A DNA stretch of 64,000 nucleotides from Mobula hypostoma (GCF_963921235.1 NC_086108.1:59150001-59214000); one strand, 5' to 3'; counted from the stretch's first letter, positions 36,503 through 49,536 are shown. The notes: generated from the letters alone by a model not told the origin. Numbers and translations: made by a program.

Positions 36503-38369
36503 CCAAGAAATTTTTCAACGTCCTTGAATGTCGTCCATGCAATTTTCTCTGATCCCACTAGAAGTTCTTCGAATTGCCTGTCTTTGATGACCTGTTTGAT
36601 TTGTAGACCAACTAAAATGCCTTTCTTTATCTTGTCATCAGTTATTCTGACTTGAATTATGAATTTAAATAACAAATATAGACAATTTCAAAAAAATCAT
36701 GCATGATAAGGGAATTTCATGGTGACTTTCAAAAGCAGCAGTCCAAAATCCATAGGATGCACCGAAAAGTATTCAGGAAGCAAAATCTTTGTTGTCCAGA
36801 GTAATTGGCTCACTGCTCTGTTGCTCCTGGAATAATGTTAGGCATCTTCCAAGATACCAGAGTAAATTTCATATATATCAATGTCCAAGACTTAAAGAAA
36901 GCTGAAAAGTTTACTTTGAAAAGCAAAACATAGAAATAAAAACAGCCTTGAATATAGATAAACAACCAAGCCTACTGCCTCAAAATGATTGATAAGTTAA
37001 ATCCCTGTATTATATTGGCTTTAAAATGGTTATTAGTATCATGGTTCAGTTTCTTTACTGTAAAAACGGAAACACAGATATATGAAAAAATAGTTGAAAT
37101 GAAACCTGAAATGATATTGTCTTCATTTTCACTCACACTTAGGAATGCGTCAGTGGTTTTATTTGAGAAAAAAAATCTTCAATAAAACTAAAATGTGTAA
37201 ACTTCAGAATCAGATATTGTGAAATTTGTTGTTCTGCAGCAGCAGTGCAGTACAAAGATATGAAAATCTGCAAATTACCGAAATGATTAAATATTGTTAA
37301 AAAGAAACAATGAGTTAGTGTCCATGACCATTCAGAAATCTGTCGATGGAGAGGAAGAAGCTGTTCCTGAATTGTTGAGCATGGGTCTCAGGCTCCTGGA
37401 CCAACAGTAATGGTGTCACATTTCTTGTGGAATCTAGATTGAATGTTGGCAATATTGTATGTACGCAGATTCAACTACTGAAAGGAAAAAAAATGTTTAT
37501 TTCCCGATATGATGGAACAAAATGATGAATGGACAGTGGAGAGAAGAGGAAAAGCAGAATAAAGGGGAATACAGGAAAAATGAAGAAGAAAGTATAGAGT
37601 AGAAAAGAAAGATTAAGCAGCATGAAAGAAAATTTCACAAATATGTATGTTCTGTTACTTAGAAGCATTTATAGAATCTATTGATATTTGTATTGAAAAT
37701 TTCATTAGCATACATTGATCTATATTTGGCAAAATACCAACACCTTACCATGAATAAGTTCTTCTGATTTCACTTCAGCTCTACACAGTTCTAGCCTCTT
37801 AACCTGTGGACTTCTTTGACTCTACTATTACTTTAAGCTTTCTAGATACAAAATTGTGTAATATCCTCCCTAAACCTGTCAGCTTTTTGATGTGCCTTCT
37901 TTAAAGGACTGCTTAGAGCCCAAAGGCTGGAAATTCTATCACACACATAATGTTCTTAAATGCTTTTCAATAAAATTGAACTTTTAAAGCCTGACTTTCT
38001 TAGTTGCTTCTGGTAGTTCATTCATGGCCATCCATATGCATGAAGTGCTAATACTTGGTAGGTCTGAATGACATCAATTGGTGTGCAATGTAGAAATGAT
38101 TTTTAAGTTTAAAAAAAATGTAATATATGAACAGAGTGGGCTCTATAATTCAATTAGGCTTTTCCTGGAGGGTGAAGGCCTGCTCATGTATTATTTAAAG
38201 ACTTCATGTCCATGGGAGATTGCTATTGAAAATTCTGAGAGAATGGGTTTCCTCCTTGTGCAGATTCTGTTCCTACCTCCACTACTCGCTCCTTCCCAAT
38301 CTTCACTGCTTTAAGCATTCCTGTTATGGCAGAACCAAGGTCACAATTACCTATCACACCATTTGTAAA

Positions 38370-39025
38370 CATGATCATCGAGAGATCAGCAGTGGAAACG
38401 GTGAACAAGTTCCTGGGTATCAGCATCTCTGAAGATCTACCCTGGGCCCAACATATTGATGCAATTACAAAGAAGGCAAGACAGTGGCTATATCTTATTA
38501 AGAGTTTGTAGAGACTTGATATGTCAGAAATCACTCTTGCAAATTTCTATAGATGCATTATGGAGAGCATCATCATCTGGTATGGAGGGGCCACTGCACA
38601 GGGTTGGAAAGAGCTGCAGAAAGTTGTAAACCCAGCCAGTTCCACCCAGGGTATTAGCCTCCCCAGCATTAAGAACACCTCAAACAAGGTCGATACCTCA
38701 AGAAGGTAGCATCCATCATCAAGGACCCCCATCACCCAGGACATGCCCTCTTTTCATTGTGACCATCAAGGAAGTAGTACAGGAGCTTGAAGACACCCAC
38801 TCAATGTTTCAGGAAGAGCTTCTTCCACATCATATCTCTGGATGGAAAAAGAGCCCATGTACACTACCTCATTATTTTTATCTCTTTTTCCACTACTTAT
38901 TTAATTTAATTTTTTTATATACTTACTGTAATTTATAGTATTTATTTTATATTGCAATGTACTGCTATCTCAAAACAACAAATTTCATGACATATGCTAG
39001 TGATACTAAACCTTATTCTGATTCT
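38370..39025 (+). mobile_element. Rex1/Babar LINE 3' fragment
   Basis: KFLGISISEDL.W..H....KKARQWLY. Tail ccttattctgattctg. Confidence 0.9.
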
Positions 39026-39499
39026 GCTGCATCAGAATTGCAATCCCCCTATCCATGATGGATTGTTTACATGTCAGCATATCTGGGGCCTCAAAGCAAA
39101 CTGTTAGAGGTTCCACATGCACTGCTGCTTCATCATGAAATTTCTCACTTTGCTCTCTTTAGTTGCACTTATAGTCCTGTTCTTATCTTTGTTTTTATGT
39201 CACTTATGCTCTTGAGAAACACCTTGGATTACTTTATTTTGAAGAAATCCAAGTTGTTTTCTTTTGAATGAACAAGCATGCAATGCAATTTAAATTTGAC
39301 TAGTTATGAAACACTTATTGAGCACATAGGCATATGGATATCAACTTCTTCTTTGAGAGCCCTTAAGCTGATGCCAATAAGAAAATATTATAATTTATCT
39401 ATGTCCTAAACTGATGATCTCACCACTTCCATAAAAAAGTCTGTCTGCCATGGTTTTGCCTCCTCACTTATTGAGTCAGTTTCCCTTTGCTGGCTCATG

Positions 39500-40108
39500 C
39501 TTTTGGCAGAATTCCAATGGTGACAAGCTGGTGTACAGGAGTGAGATATATCAGCTAGTTGAGTGGTGTCGCAGCAACAACCTTACACTCAACGTCAGTA
39601 AGACCGAAGAACTGATTGTAAACTTCAGGAAGGATAAGACGAGGGGACACACACCAGTCCTCAGAGGGATCCAAAATGAAAAGAGTGGGCAATTTCAAGT
39701 TCCAGGGTGTCACTATCTCTGAGGATCTAATCTGGATCCAGCTACAAAGAAAACATGGTAGTGTCGATATTTCATTAGGAGTTTGGGAAGATTTGGTTTG
39801 TCACCAAAAAGACTTGAAAATTTATACATATGTACCATGGAAAGCATTTTAGCTGGCTGCATCACCGTATGATATGGGAGGTGGTGGGGGTGATGCCTAC
39901 TGCACGGGATCGAAGTAAGCTGCAGCAAGTTGTAGACATAGTCAGCCCCATCATAGGCACTAGCCTCCATAGTATCCAGGACATCTTCATGGAGTGGTGC
40001 CTCAAAAAGGCAGGATCCATCATGAAGGATCGCCATCACCCGACTCATGACTTCTTCCCATTGTTACCATCAGGAAGGAGGTACAGAAGCGTGAAGGCAC
40101 AAACTTAA
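39500..40108 (+). mobile_element. Rex1/Babar LINE fragment
   Basis: WCRSNNLTLNVSKTEELIV and PSGRRYRS motifs. Confidence 0.85.
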
Positions 40109-40720
40109 TGAATTTTGTATACTTCTATCAAATCCCCCTCATTCTTCTATGCTCTAGGGAATAAAGTACTAACCTGTTCAACCTTTCCCTGGTTCTTAAG
40201 TCCTGGCAACATCCTTATGAATTTTCTCTGCACTCTTTCAATCTCATTAACAACTTTCCTGTACGTAGGTGACTGAAACTACACACAATACTCCAAATAA
40301 GGCCCAACCAATGTCGTATATCATTTCAACATAGCATCCCAACTCCTATACTCAATACTTTGATTTATGAAGGCCAACATGCCAAAAGCATTTTTTTACA
40401 ATCCTGTCTACATGTGATGCCACTTTCAAGGAATTCAGGATTGTATTCCCAGATCCCGCTGTTCTACTACACTCCTCAATGCCCTACCACTCACCATGTT
40501 AAGTTCTACTCTGGTTTGTCCTCCCAATGTGCAACACCTCACATTTGGCTGCATCAAATTCAATCAGCTCTTTTTCCAACTGGTCCAAATCCTGCTGCAA
40601 GCTTTGATATCCTTCCTCAATTGTTCCAACCCACATCTTGTTGTCGTTCAGAAATCTGCTGATCCAGTTAATGAAATTATTACCTAGATCACAGATACAG
40701 ATAATAAACAACAATGGACC

Positions 40721-42229
40721 TGAGTCATACTATATTAGATTTTGAAAACATTGAATAAATGTCTAACAGATCAAATTAGCTCTTAGCATGTGGGGTCTGT
40801 AGGATGTCTGTCAAGTGGCTTGATAGTTGGCTGGAAAGATTCTTTTTGGATTTGGGCTTATTGCATATGTAAATATTAATGTACTTCTGTAAGCCCAAGG
40901 AATGTCTTGTGTCTGGACATTGGGGAACTAATGAACAAAAGAGACTATTAAAATGTCTAATCGATTTATGAGGACTGTGTTAATGGACACAGGATGTATT
41001 TGAAAATAAAAGCAGGCTGTATTGAGACAAAAGATCAAAGAGCTTGTCTGTTTTTAGGTCTCTCTGCCTTGCAGATATATTAGGCTGCTCTTTTGTCATT
41101 TTCCTTGGACTTCACAAGAGCCGGAAAAGTGCAAGTGGTGCTGTTACGTGCCCCGTAACTGGGTTGCCAAACCAGCAGAAATGGATCACTCAGTTGGAGT
41201 CTGGAGTACTAGAACTAAGAAAGTTTTATTAAAGAAACAAACAACACAGTAATCGAAAGGATAATAAATGCAACAGTTCAGCGGTGATAAACACACATGT
41301 GCACAGAATTAAGATAACAGCATCAATCAAGCTCTATCGTTGTCTAGGGGTAAATGACCAAATTTCAAAGTGACTCAAAGTTCAGTTCGCAGTAATCGTT
41401 GCCATGGCGATGGACAACGTGGGGGGAAGAGAGAGATAGAACAGGAACAACTGATCATTCAGAACGGCTTCACTCACAGACCGGCGAGATTGCTCACAAG
41501 CAACTTTTGGGTGGGTCCTTGGTGATGTCACCTGAGGTCACCGACTGTGACCCCTCCTCCAGATGCAGTCGATCCTCTGCAGTGAACCCGGCACCCAGGC
41601 AAGGGCGGACACACACCGGGTTCCCGCTGATCGTACCTTTCCACCCTTGTCGTTGTCTGATACTTCTCACCCACTCGTGAGAGGCGCACCGCTTCCAGGG
41701 TCTCGTTACCTCGGGTGGCGTGTGTCCTGTCTTAGCGAACCTGTCCCTTTTTATCCCCCTGCTGGGGTATCGCCTGTCCATCACTTCAAACAGTTCAGGG
41801 TTCAAAGGGGGAGCCGCTCCAGACAGCTCTCTCTCTCCCACGTCCCTTCATTACACATCTCCAGACGCTGCTCCATTGTTCCTTATCTCTCCTTCCCCTG
41901 AGGGCAGGTGGCAGACCAACTGCTGATGCCACTGATGCTAGCCCAGGCCAGCAAACATCTTAATTTTATGTGTATTCTCGTCACAGTGCCTGCAACTAAG
42001 CAGTGTTTTCATGAGAGAAATCAGAGACAACAGCAACAATCAAGTGGTGACTAAGAATCGTGAGCTCAGAAATCTTGGTAACTTGCTATATAGTATATTG
42101 CGTGGCTTATTTGTGCTTTTTATTTTTATGGTAGTAAATTAGGCTTAGGTTACTTTATTGTGCTTGTATGCTTACTACCACATTTACTGTACACTTGATT
42201 GTTGGATCTGATTAATCCAGCCAATTACA
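40721..42229. mobile_element. Old solo LTR (~660 bp own sequence) containing a younger LTR
   Basis: Begins TG and ends CA. 5-bp TSD GGACC at 40716-20 and 42230-34. The CR1 resumes after it. Confidence 0.7.
41142..41985 (-). mobile_element. Young solo LTR, 844 bp
   Basis: Ends TGTTACG...CGTCACA. 4-bp TSD GTGC. AATAAA on the minus strand at ~41225. CpGs are well preserved. Confidence 0.9.
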
Positions 42230-45200
42230 GGACCCAGAACCAATCCCTGCAACACATTACTATTCACAGCCCTCCAGTCAGTGAGGCAACCATCTACTAT
42301 CGTTCTCTAGTTTCTCCCCTGAAGCCAATATTCAATCCAATTTACTAACTCATCTTGAATGCCCAGCGACTGAACCTTCTTGACCAGCCTCCAATGCGAA
42401 ACCCTGTCAAAGCCGATGAAGATTCCATCCACTGCCTTGCATTTATCAACTTTCCTGGTAACTTCTTCTAGAAACTCTAAGATTGGTTAGACATGACCTA
42501 CCACGAACAAAGTCATGCTGACTATCTCTAATCAGCCCCTGTCTATCCAAATACTTACATATCCAGTTCTTTAGATTACATTCCAATAATTTAAACAATA
42601 CTGATGTTAGACTCACTGGCCTATAATTTAGAGACTATAATTCTTAGAGACTTTCTTAAACAACAGAACATTAGCTTGGGTGTGACTACCTATGTCCTGT
42701 TGATTAATGCCCTCAGCCTCCCAAATGATCTGGAGCTCCTGTTCCAAAGGAAGCTGCAGCTGGATGCACTTCTTGCAGCTGTAGTCATCAGGGACACTGG
42801 AGGTGTCTGACTTCCTACATTCCACAAGAAGAGCAGTCCGCTATCCTGTCTGGCACCCCCACTGTTCTAACTGTGCAATAAGGAAGAAAGAGGGAAAAAT
42901 TAAATGTAAAAATCGACCTACAGCATTTACCTCTCTGCACCACAGCCTCTATAAGCCAAAACTTGAACTCCTTTCTCCTACACTAGCCCACTCCAACAAT
43001 GACTGTTCAGCTTAAACCTAACTTCTGTTTATTGTCCCTTGCCAAGTGCCTAATTATGCACAATCCATCCTCTGCTCAGGAACTGTGGCATACAGAATGC
43101 CTGAACTGTCCCCACCTACTCCCTTTGATCTCTCTCTCTCTCTTTTTTCTCTCCCCACCTCCCCCCCTGCTACGCAATCCAACATCTTCTTGGAAACCGT
43201 GACACACAGAATCCAACGTGAGGAAAGAAACTACAAAGCAGCTCTAAGATTAGCCTGATTCTCCTCTGCACATGAAAGTACTATAGGAAATCTGTATGCA
43301 GAGTCACCTGATCTCTAAGTGTACATCATAGTCAAGAGAAGCTACCAGAAAAGACAGACAGACAGAATATTTAAGGCAATTTAAATAAAAGATTAACATT
43401 TAAGGCTATTTAAATAAATGATTACCATTTCTATTTCCTGTGTATTTATTGCACCTAAACTTTCAGATGTGATTTGTACAATAAATCCAGAGCATTCTAC
43501 CCTTTCTCTCTGACGTTCTTCTCACCCGTAAATACACCAGAAATTCAAAAGAATACCAGCAATGGGGTAAATTTTAACATGTTTTGCTGGAATTAATATG
43601 GCAATGGTAGTCTCAAACTGGGCTTCAAAACTGTACCATATGTGTTCCATTGCTAGTTTCCTGCTCCAATATCAGTTGCACAGGCAACCATGAAAAAGTG
43701 CCTTGCATGGGTAAATTTTTTCAATTATGTTTTGACTGATCAATGCCCTCTGAAATCACAAACTCACAACACACCAAATGTAACCAATTTGTTGACTAAA
43801 CATCTAAATGGCCTTTAATTAATCAATAAAATCAATTAACAATGAAATACAACTTTTAACATCTTAAACAGCCCTTCGCAACTTTTCACATTACAAATAC
43901 AGCACTACAAAACATTGCATTAAAATTAATTGGAGGCCATTATTTGTTATGGTGAATTTTACTCCTTAAATGAAAATGCCAAATGCATTTTAACTTCCTA
44001 GTCTTAGTAAAACACCACTGAAATGACTTTTACCTGATTGGAGCATCAATCCACAAAACTGAATGCCAGGCAATCTCAGTAAGATCCATTAAATTGGAGT
44101 GAGAGGGGAAATTGTACTAGGAAGCCGCTAATATTTTTTCAAAATCCAATGGATTATTCCTGGTCTTTCATGACCCCAGAGAAATGTGGGGGCTGAAATT
44201 TGTAAACTTACCCTTACAGTCATCTTCTGACTTATTCCAAGACAGCACAGGTCAACCTGATAAATCTTGGGATTGAGTAAATGAGCTAATTTGCTAGCAA
44301 AATACCCACAAGTTACAGATGTTTGTGGAATAGTGTGAAATGGTTTCAGCTATTTGTGCTAAGGAAATGACAGAGCAAATCACTGCAAAATGATGGAAAT
44401 ATCCAAAAAAAACCCCAGAAACTTAACACTTACTTTCCCATCTGCTTCGCAAAATTTTGTATTTGTGTCACATTTATCAATTACCTCATTGCTGTGTCAA
44501 AATCAGTACTTCACAATACAAGAATACTTGTTAATGACTAGATTTATGTTCCTGCATTGATATGGAGCTTCTCCCTGGTTAACTAAATAAAACTGTGAAG
44601 TCTGGTTGTTGGTAGCAAATTGCTTTTATATTTTCTTCTTTTCAGATCTGCTATCATTCTTTCTTGCTCTGTGTAATATTTCTCTTGCTTTACTTCCTTG
44701 TTTGGTATCTACCTCGACTCCCACCTCATTTTCTCCTGTGGTATTCAGTTTGTACCTTTGTACCTTTCTCTGCATTACGGAGATGGTCTGTTCAGAGATA
44801 CCTAGCTGCTGATTCCCATTTGAGGTAACGTGACAGGCAAAATTACAGTCAGGTGAGATGTTTGAAATAAAATCCAAGTCATGCTGTTCCCTGTGAGATA
44901 TTCCACTCCAGCAAATTTCATGCCAGCAGTGCAGTTGGGTGCCAGGTACACAATCAAGACTTGACATAGACGATACTTAAAAAGAGTACCTGCTGTGGAA
45001 AACCGGTTAAGGCAGACACTCAGCATCTTCAACCAAATTCAGTGTAGAAGCCACTAGAGGATTTTTAAATTCCCACCTATCTTCTTCAATGGTATTCTGT
45101 TTCACAGTCTTTTACACACATTTCTATAATTTGTATTCATTTTTATTCCCATGAGACTTTCCTCCAGAATCCTTTTTCTGCTTTCATCTTATTCTTTGTT

Positions 45201-45764
45201 CTAATTTGATTCTTTCTAACCTTGCTTATTTTAATTAAGCTATTGTTCAAGAAAGGTTTTGAAATGCAGGAAGGCAAAGCACCTTGGCTCCCCTGCTTTC
45301 TCTGTTATAAACTTCAACAGGCTCTAATTAAAGCAGTTTTCTGAAGTAATGAATGGTGGCTTGGTGAATTCCTGGAAATCGCTGAATAACTCCGAGGATG
45401 AGACATTGTCTAGAATGTTTAATAAGGTAAGGAATACTTTGAATATTTCAGATACTAAGCATCAAAAGTAGCAGACAGGTCTGTCTGGATAGCATCCAAG
45501 AAAAGGAAAAGGGAAAGGTGATTCAAAATTCATCCAGACCTTTCACTTCTATTGCGTACAATGCATCCATTTTGTTCAGCATGTTAATGTGAATGGTTAC
45601 TGTGTGCAGCCAGTGTAAATGACACTGCCAAACAATTGGGCAACAGAATAAGGATCAATATATTTCTGTCATGACAAAGCTTACAATCAAGTGAAATGTA
45701 TTATATCCATAGCTGGTGACATAGTGCACTGAGGTGCTCCTGGTCAACCCAAAGCTGATGAATG

Positions 45765-45880
45765 AAATGGCACAACAGTGAGCAGTGGCAGTTTCAAATT
45801 CTTCCAACATTGCATTGGAGGCCTTGGTAGAAGAGGTCAAAAGGAGGATCAATGTGCCTTAACCACAAGGGACTAATCAT
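45765..45880 (+). mobile_element. Possible ancient Harbinger Myb/SANT ORF remnant
   Basis: Translates MAQQ*...SNIALEALVEEVKRRINVP, which resembles the 'FS..LE.LVEEV..R' start of Harbinger DNA-binding proteins. Confidence 0.3.
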
Positions 45881-46076
45881 CCCTCAAGAAAAACATTTGG
45901 AGTCAGAAAAGACAGCCATTGTGGTCAATACAATATCAGTGGTTTCAGTGATATAATTTAGGTCTGTGATTACATCTTCAAATAATATTCCGCACAAACT
46001 GAACCACTAGCCTCAAATATCTCTCAATGTTTCACTCGCTCATAATTCTTATCAGTTACTCTACTCATACCAGTCC

Positions 46077-46586
46077 TTCCAGTAAGATGGCAGCAACAGC
46101 CTCTTGAGAGCCAACCAGAAGTGTTATTGTCTTTGTTAAAAATCTGTTTTTATGATCATAAGACACTGCTGTACACTAAGAACTTCAAGTACTGGAGGTC
46201 TACCTCACCAATCTGTTGCATTTTAGCAAAGGAGCTGGACTTGGTGCGGACCGTGTCGCTGCCTGCTACAGAAAGATGTCGGAGTGCAGTCTAACAGCAG
46301 CGATTGTCTCGGACGGTTTTCTTGTGAGCGCAGGACCCTGTTGGACATTGTTAATGTAGAATACTGCAAGCCTGGTTTATTGGGTTATTGGTGAGACCGA
46401 CAGCGGGTGAGCTGTGTGGCCTCAGTTGTAGCGAGGACTAGGCCTTATGCCACAGTGTCATTTGTTGCTGCCATGCAGGACGGGAGGTGCTGGAGGTGGC
46501 GTGGCGTGGCATCCGTGCTGAATTGGGGGCAGGCACATCCTGTCGACACTGCTCTCCAGTGTTCGCTCAGTGGAAAGCCAATTGTG

Positions 46587-46637
<51 letters not shown>

Positions 46638-46817
46638 ATGCCTGTGGACTGCTGAGGGATTGTCCTTGCCAACCGCATCTACATCCATGTACAGGACATG
46701 TCAGAGACTGGGCTACTTCTTTTGGAGTGACTGTATGTTTCTTGCTATCTTATATGTGCTTGGTGCTATGTATGAATATTGATACTGCATTTTGCACCTT
46801 GGCCCTGAGGAACACCA
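46077..46817 (+). mobile_element. Non-coding, non-autonomous element, copy 1 (contains a TG repeat)
   Basis: Starts TTCCAGTAAGATGG. Collinear homology with the reverse complement of 46820-47529. Confidence 0.65.
46593..46636. repeat. (TG)22 microsatellite
   Basis: Direct reading. Confidence 0.98.
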
Positions 46818-46819
46818 CA

Positions 46820-47529
46820 TGAACATTTCAAGCATACATGAATATCCATGAATGAAGGCTAATGAAATTTGGCACTTTGGTTCCTCTGGGGCCAAAGTGC
46901 AAAACACAGTACCAACTGGCATACACAGCACAAGGCACATAGAGCACATACAAGATAAGCATAGAGTCACACAAAAAAGTAACATAGCCCAAGTCTCTCG
47001 TCTATGAATATTGTGGGCAAGATCAAGTCTGCAGCAGTCTGCAGACAAACACATTCCAGTATGTCTTCCATTGAGTGAACACTGGAGGGGAGCTCTGATG
47101 CTAGCAAGATCGCTGCGACACACCACTTCCGGACACCGACTCTGATGCCTCTCTCCTGATTGGCTGCAAACAGGTGACACAGCAGTCTGAGGCCTAATCT
47201 GCTCTATAACAGAGCCATACAGCTCCCCTGCCGTCCGTCCTGCCAATAAACCAGTACTAAAACCTCCTCTGGCTGATAGACTGCACACCACCTTTGCGCG
47301 CTGACTCAGATGCCTCTCTGTAGAAGGCAGCAACATGGTCTGCACCAAATCCACCTCCTCCAGCTCCTCCACCAACAAGCAACATGTTGACGGGATAGAC
47401 CCATAGTACTTGAAGTGTTTAAAGTCCAGCAAAGTCATGAGATTGTAATAAAGTTTAAAAATGACAATAACAGCTTTGGTTGACCCCATAGAAGCTGCTG
47501 TGCCTGAGCGTGCCTCCATCTTAGTGGAA
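46820..47529 (-). mobile_element. Non-coding, non-autonomous element, copy 2 (inverted)
   Basis: Starts TTCCACTAAGATGG on the minus strand. Shares ttttgcac.ttggccc..gaggaac and other blocks with copy 1. Confidence 0.65.
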
Positions 47530-47988
47530 TCAAGTCTATAATATTCCATTTTTTATAATCTATGATGAATATGATCCATTGTATCTTCTGTTAGCCAATT
47601 CTATATAAATAGTAGAGTCGAGTAGTTAGCCATTCTTTTGAGCCTTGATATTGTGCAGTAACTGGTACTAATTAATAATGACCTATTCAAAACTGCATAT
47701 AAAATAACCTAACCACTGGTTTGATTAACCATGTATTGTCCCAAAAAACTTGCTTTTTTGTTTTGAATGAATTTGTTTATTCTATTTTCTTCCATTTCTC
47801 AAAACAAAACACAAGTTTTATCAAACATTATTGCCATATGGTTCAGTTTACTTCCCTCAAAATTTATTTCAGTGTGAAATAATTATCATTGGCTTACACC
47901 AGAAAGGTTTTCCTCAACAAAATATATTCATAGTAAGTTTATTCTTTATAAGTTCTATGAAAATACATTAATTTCTTGCTATAAAAAT

Positions 47989-48028
47989 GTATTCTGATGA
48001 AAGATCATTGATCTGAAATGTTAAATCT
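47989..48028 (+). ncRNA. Hammerhead-like motif from a second, older Penelope family
   Basis: CTGATGA-a-AGATCA.TGATCT-GAAA-tGTTA, followed by a decayed pLTR tail (tttttatttcagattt..gcatctg). Confidence 0.5.
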
Positions 48029-49281
48029 GATTCTCAGCTCTAATAATTTACAGAATTTTTATTTTTATTTCAGATTTATGGCATCTGTAGCTATTTTTAG
48101 TTTTGTGTTTTAATTAACTTCATTTTTCTGTTTCAATTATTTTATTCAATGCAAGTTGTCATTATAAATTTTGCTACGCATTAATGTCACTCTGAGTGAC
48201 ACTTCAGGGAACAACGACATAAGGGGACAAAAGCTGATTTACTGATTTTAATGGTGTTCAAATAACATTATGGATGAATCCCAAAGCAGCTTGTCAAAGT
48301 CATCAAAAACTTCAAGATCATCAGTAGTGAGCTTAATAAACAGTGCTGTTGCATTTCTGAATATAACATCATACTAAAACCAACATTACTGTGCTCCTGA
48401 GTCATAAAGAGACATAAAACAGCATAAGCAACACAATTCCATCTGCTGAGGACTGCTGTTACTGAGTGAAAGAATGAAGTGATAATTTGAATGGGGTTTT
48501 GTTTGTAGAGTGGTCGTGGAAGGGTGTGCCCATGGGATCAGAGTCACCCGGGCAAGTTGGCAAAAAATAGTCCCTGCGGAACAGTTAGTTTTTGTACAGG
48601 GGTCACAGATATCCTAGGTGAATTTAAGTATACTGGAAAGAAATTTGTTAATTTTATTCATTGAAAGACATTGAAAATGAACAGAAAATTAGGAGACACT
48701 TTCTAGTTGATGTTGAGAAAGATGGAAGGCCTTTAGTTGTTAATGAGTGATTCAACTCTAGAGATAGCTAGGCAAAGTTTTATTTCCTAGATGTCAATAC
48801 TTAAAATATCTAAATATTGTGATGTTCTCCATATTAAAAATGGAGATCCAAGAGTGATAATCTAAGAACTCAGTGAAATTGTGCCTTAAAACTAAGCTCG
48901 GGGACAACAAAATGGCAACCATTTTTAGAAAAACAGCTTGCTTAAAAGCTGGAAAAAAACTGTTTGGATGGTAAAATTATGATGAGAATTAATCAAGTTT
49001 AAGGAATTCAGAGAAAGACAAACAATGCAAAAATCTGTTGAATGTTGTGCAGAGAAAAGGTAATACAAAATTAATATAAAATTATTTAAATTTTTACTGA
49101 AAAGTAATCGTGAATACACTTGAAATAGAAAAATATTACATAACTCTGGAGAATTTCATTTACACCTGTTTTGTTAATTTTTGAAAGACTTTTTAAGCAA
49201 AGCATGGTGGTTTTAAGATTCTGCAAAGAATGGAAATCCAAGATCCAGGCCTCAAAATTGGGCCTCCTTTGAGTCTATTAA

Positions 49282-49536
49282 ATGATGATGATGTCAGCTC
49301 AGGCCTGAGAGGCCAGCGTTGGGCATTTTCATGCCTTACAAGGCGCGGATCGGAAGGCTGTGTGGGGCGCCACTCCTCACACAGGCATTTTGCAGTATTT
49401 TCCTTTATTTTACGAAGTTGAGTTGTGACTTCAAACTCAACCCGGCACAGATGGAAAGCATACTCGGGAGCGGCCCGACGTGATTCGAACCCGGGAACCT
49501 CCGTTCTGGAGTCCAGCGCTGATGTCACTGCGCCAC
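49282..49536 (-). mobile_element. tRNA-derived SINE with (CAT)n tail
   Basis: A-box TGGCGCAGTG and B-box GGTTCGAATC (49482-49491). Flanked by ATTAA on both sides. Confidence 0.8.

Larger units (their letters stand above)
23268..36801 (-). mobile_element. Chapaev3-like (CMC) DNA transposon, internally deleted, split by a CR1. Own sequence: 23268-23509, 36039-36274, 36503-36801
   Basis: Transposase C-terminus KIKKGILVGLQI...KIHFLHSHLDFFPANLGTVSDEHGDRFHQ...YQG.W..MLADYCWTLKQ continues in frame as EVSDTETKHF at 23506 when the CR1 is removed. Decayed terminal repeats share ttgcttcct. TAA flanks both ends (23265-67, 36802-04). Confidence 0.7.
40115..43000 (-). mobile_element. Decayed, internally deleted CR1, split by an LTR at 40721-42229
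   Basis: RT pieces at 40115-40720 and 42230-42660. ORF1 zinc-finger remnant (VPDDYSCKKCIQLQL) at ~42680-42860. Confidence 0.8.

Noticed and set aside
44626..45032. Lys/Glu-rich ORFs in unique-looking sequence
   Set aside because: No recognisable family or splice boundaries; probably an ancient decayed repeat.
46713..47549. 278-aa ORF
   Set aside because: Spans two inverted non-coding repeats; no recognisable domain.
49482..49536. tRNA gene
   Set aside because: A and B boxes belong to a SINE head; no complete cloverleaf or oligo-T terminator.
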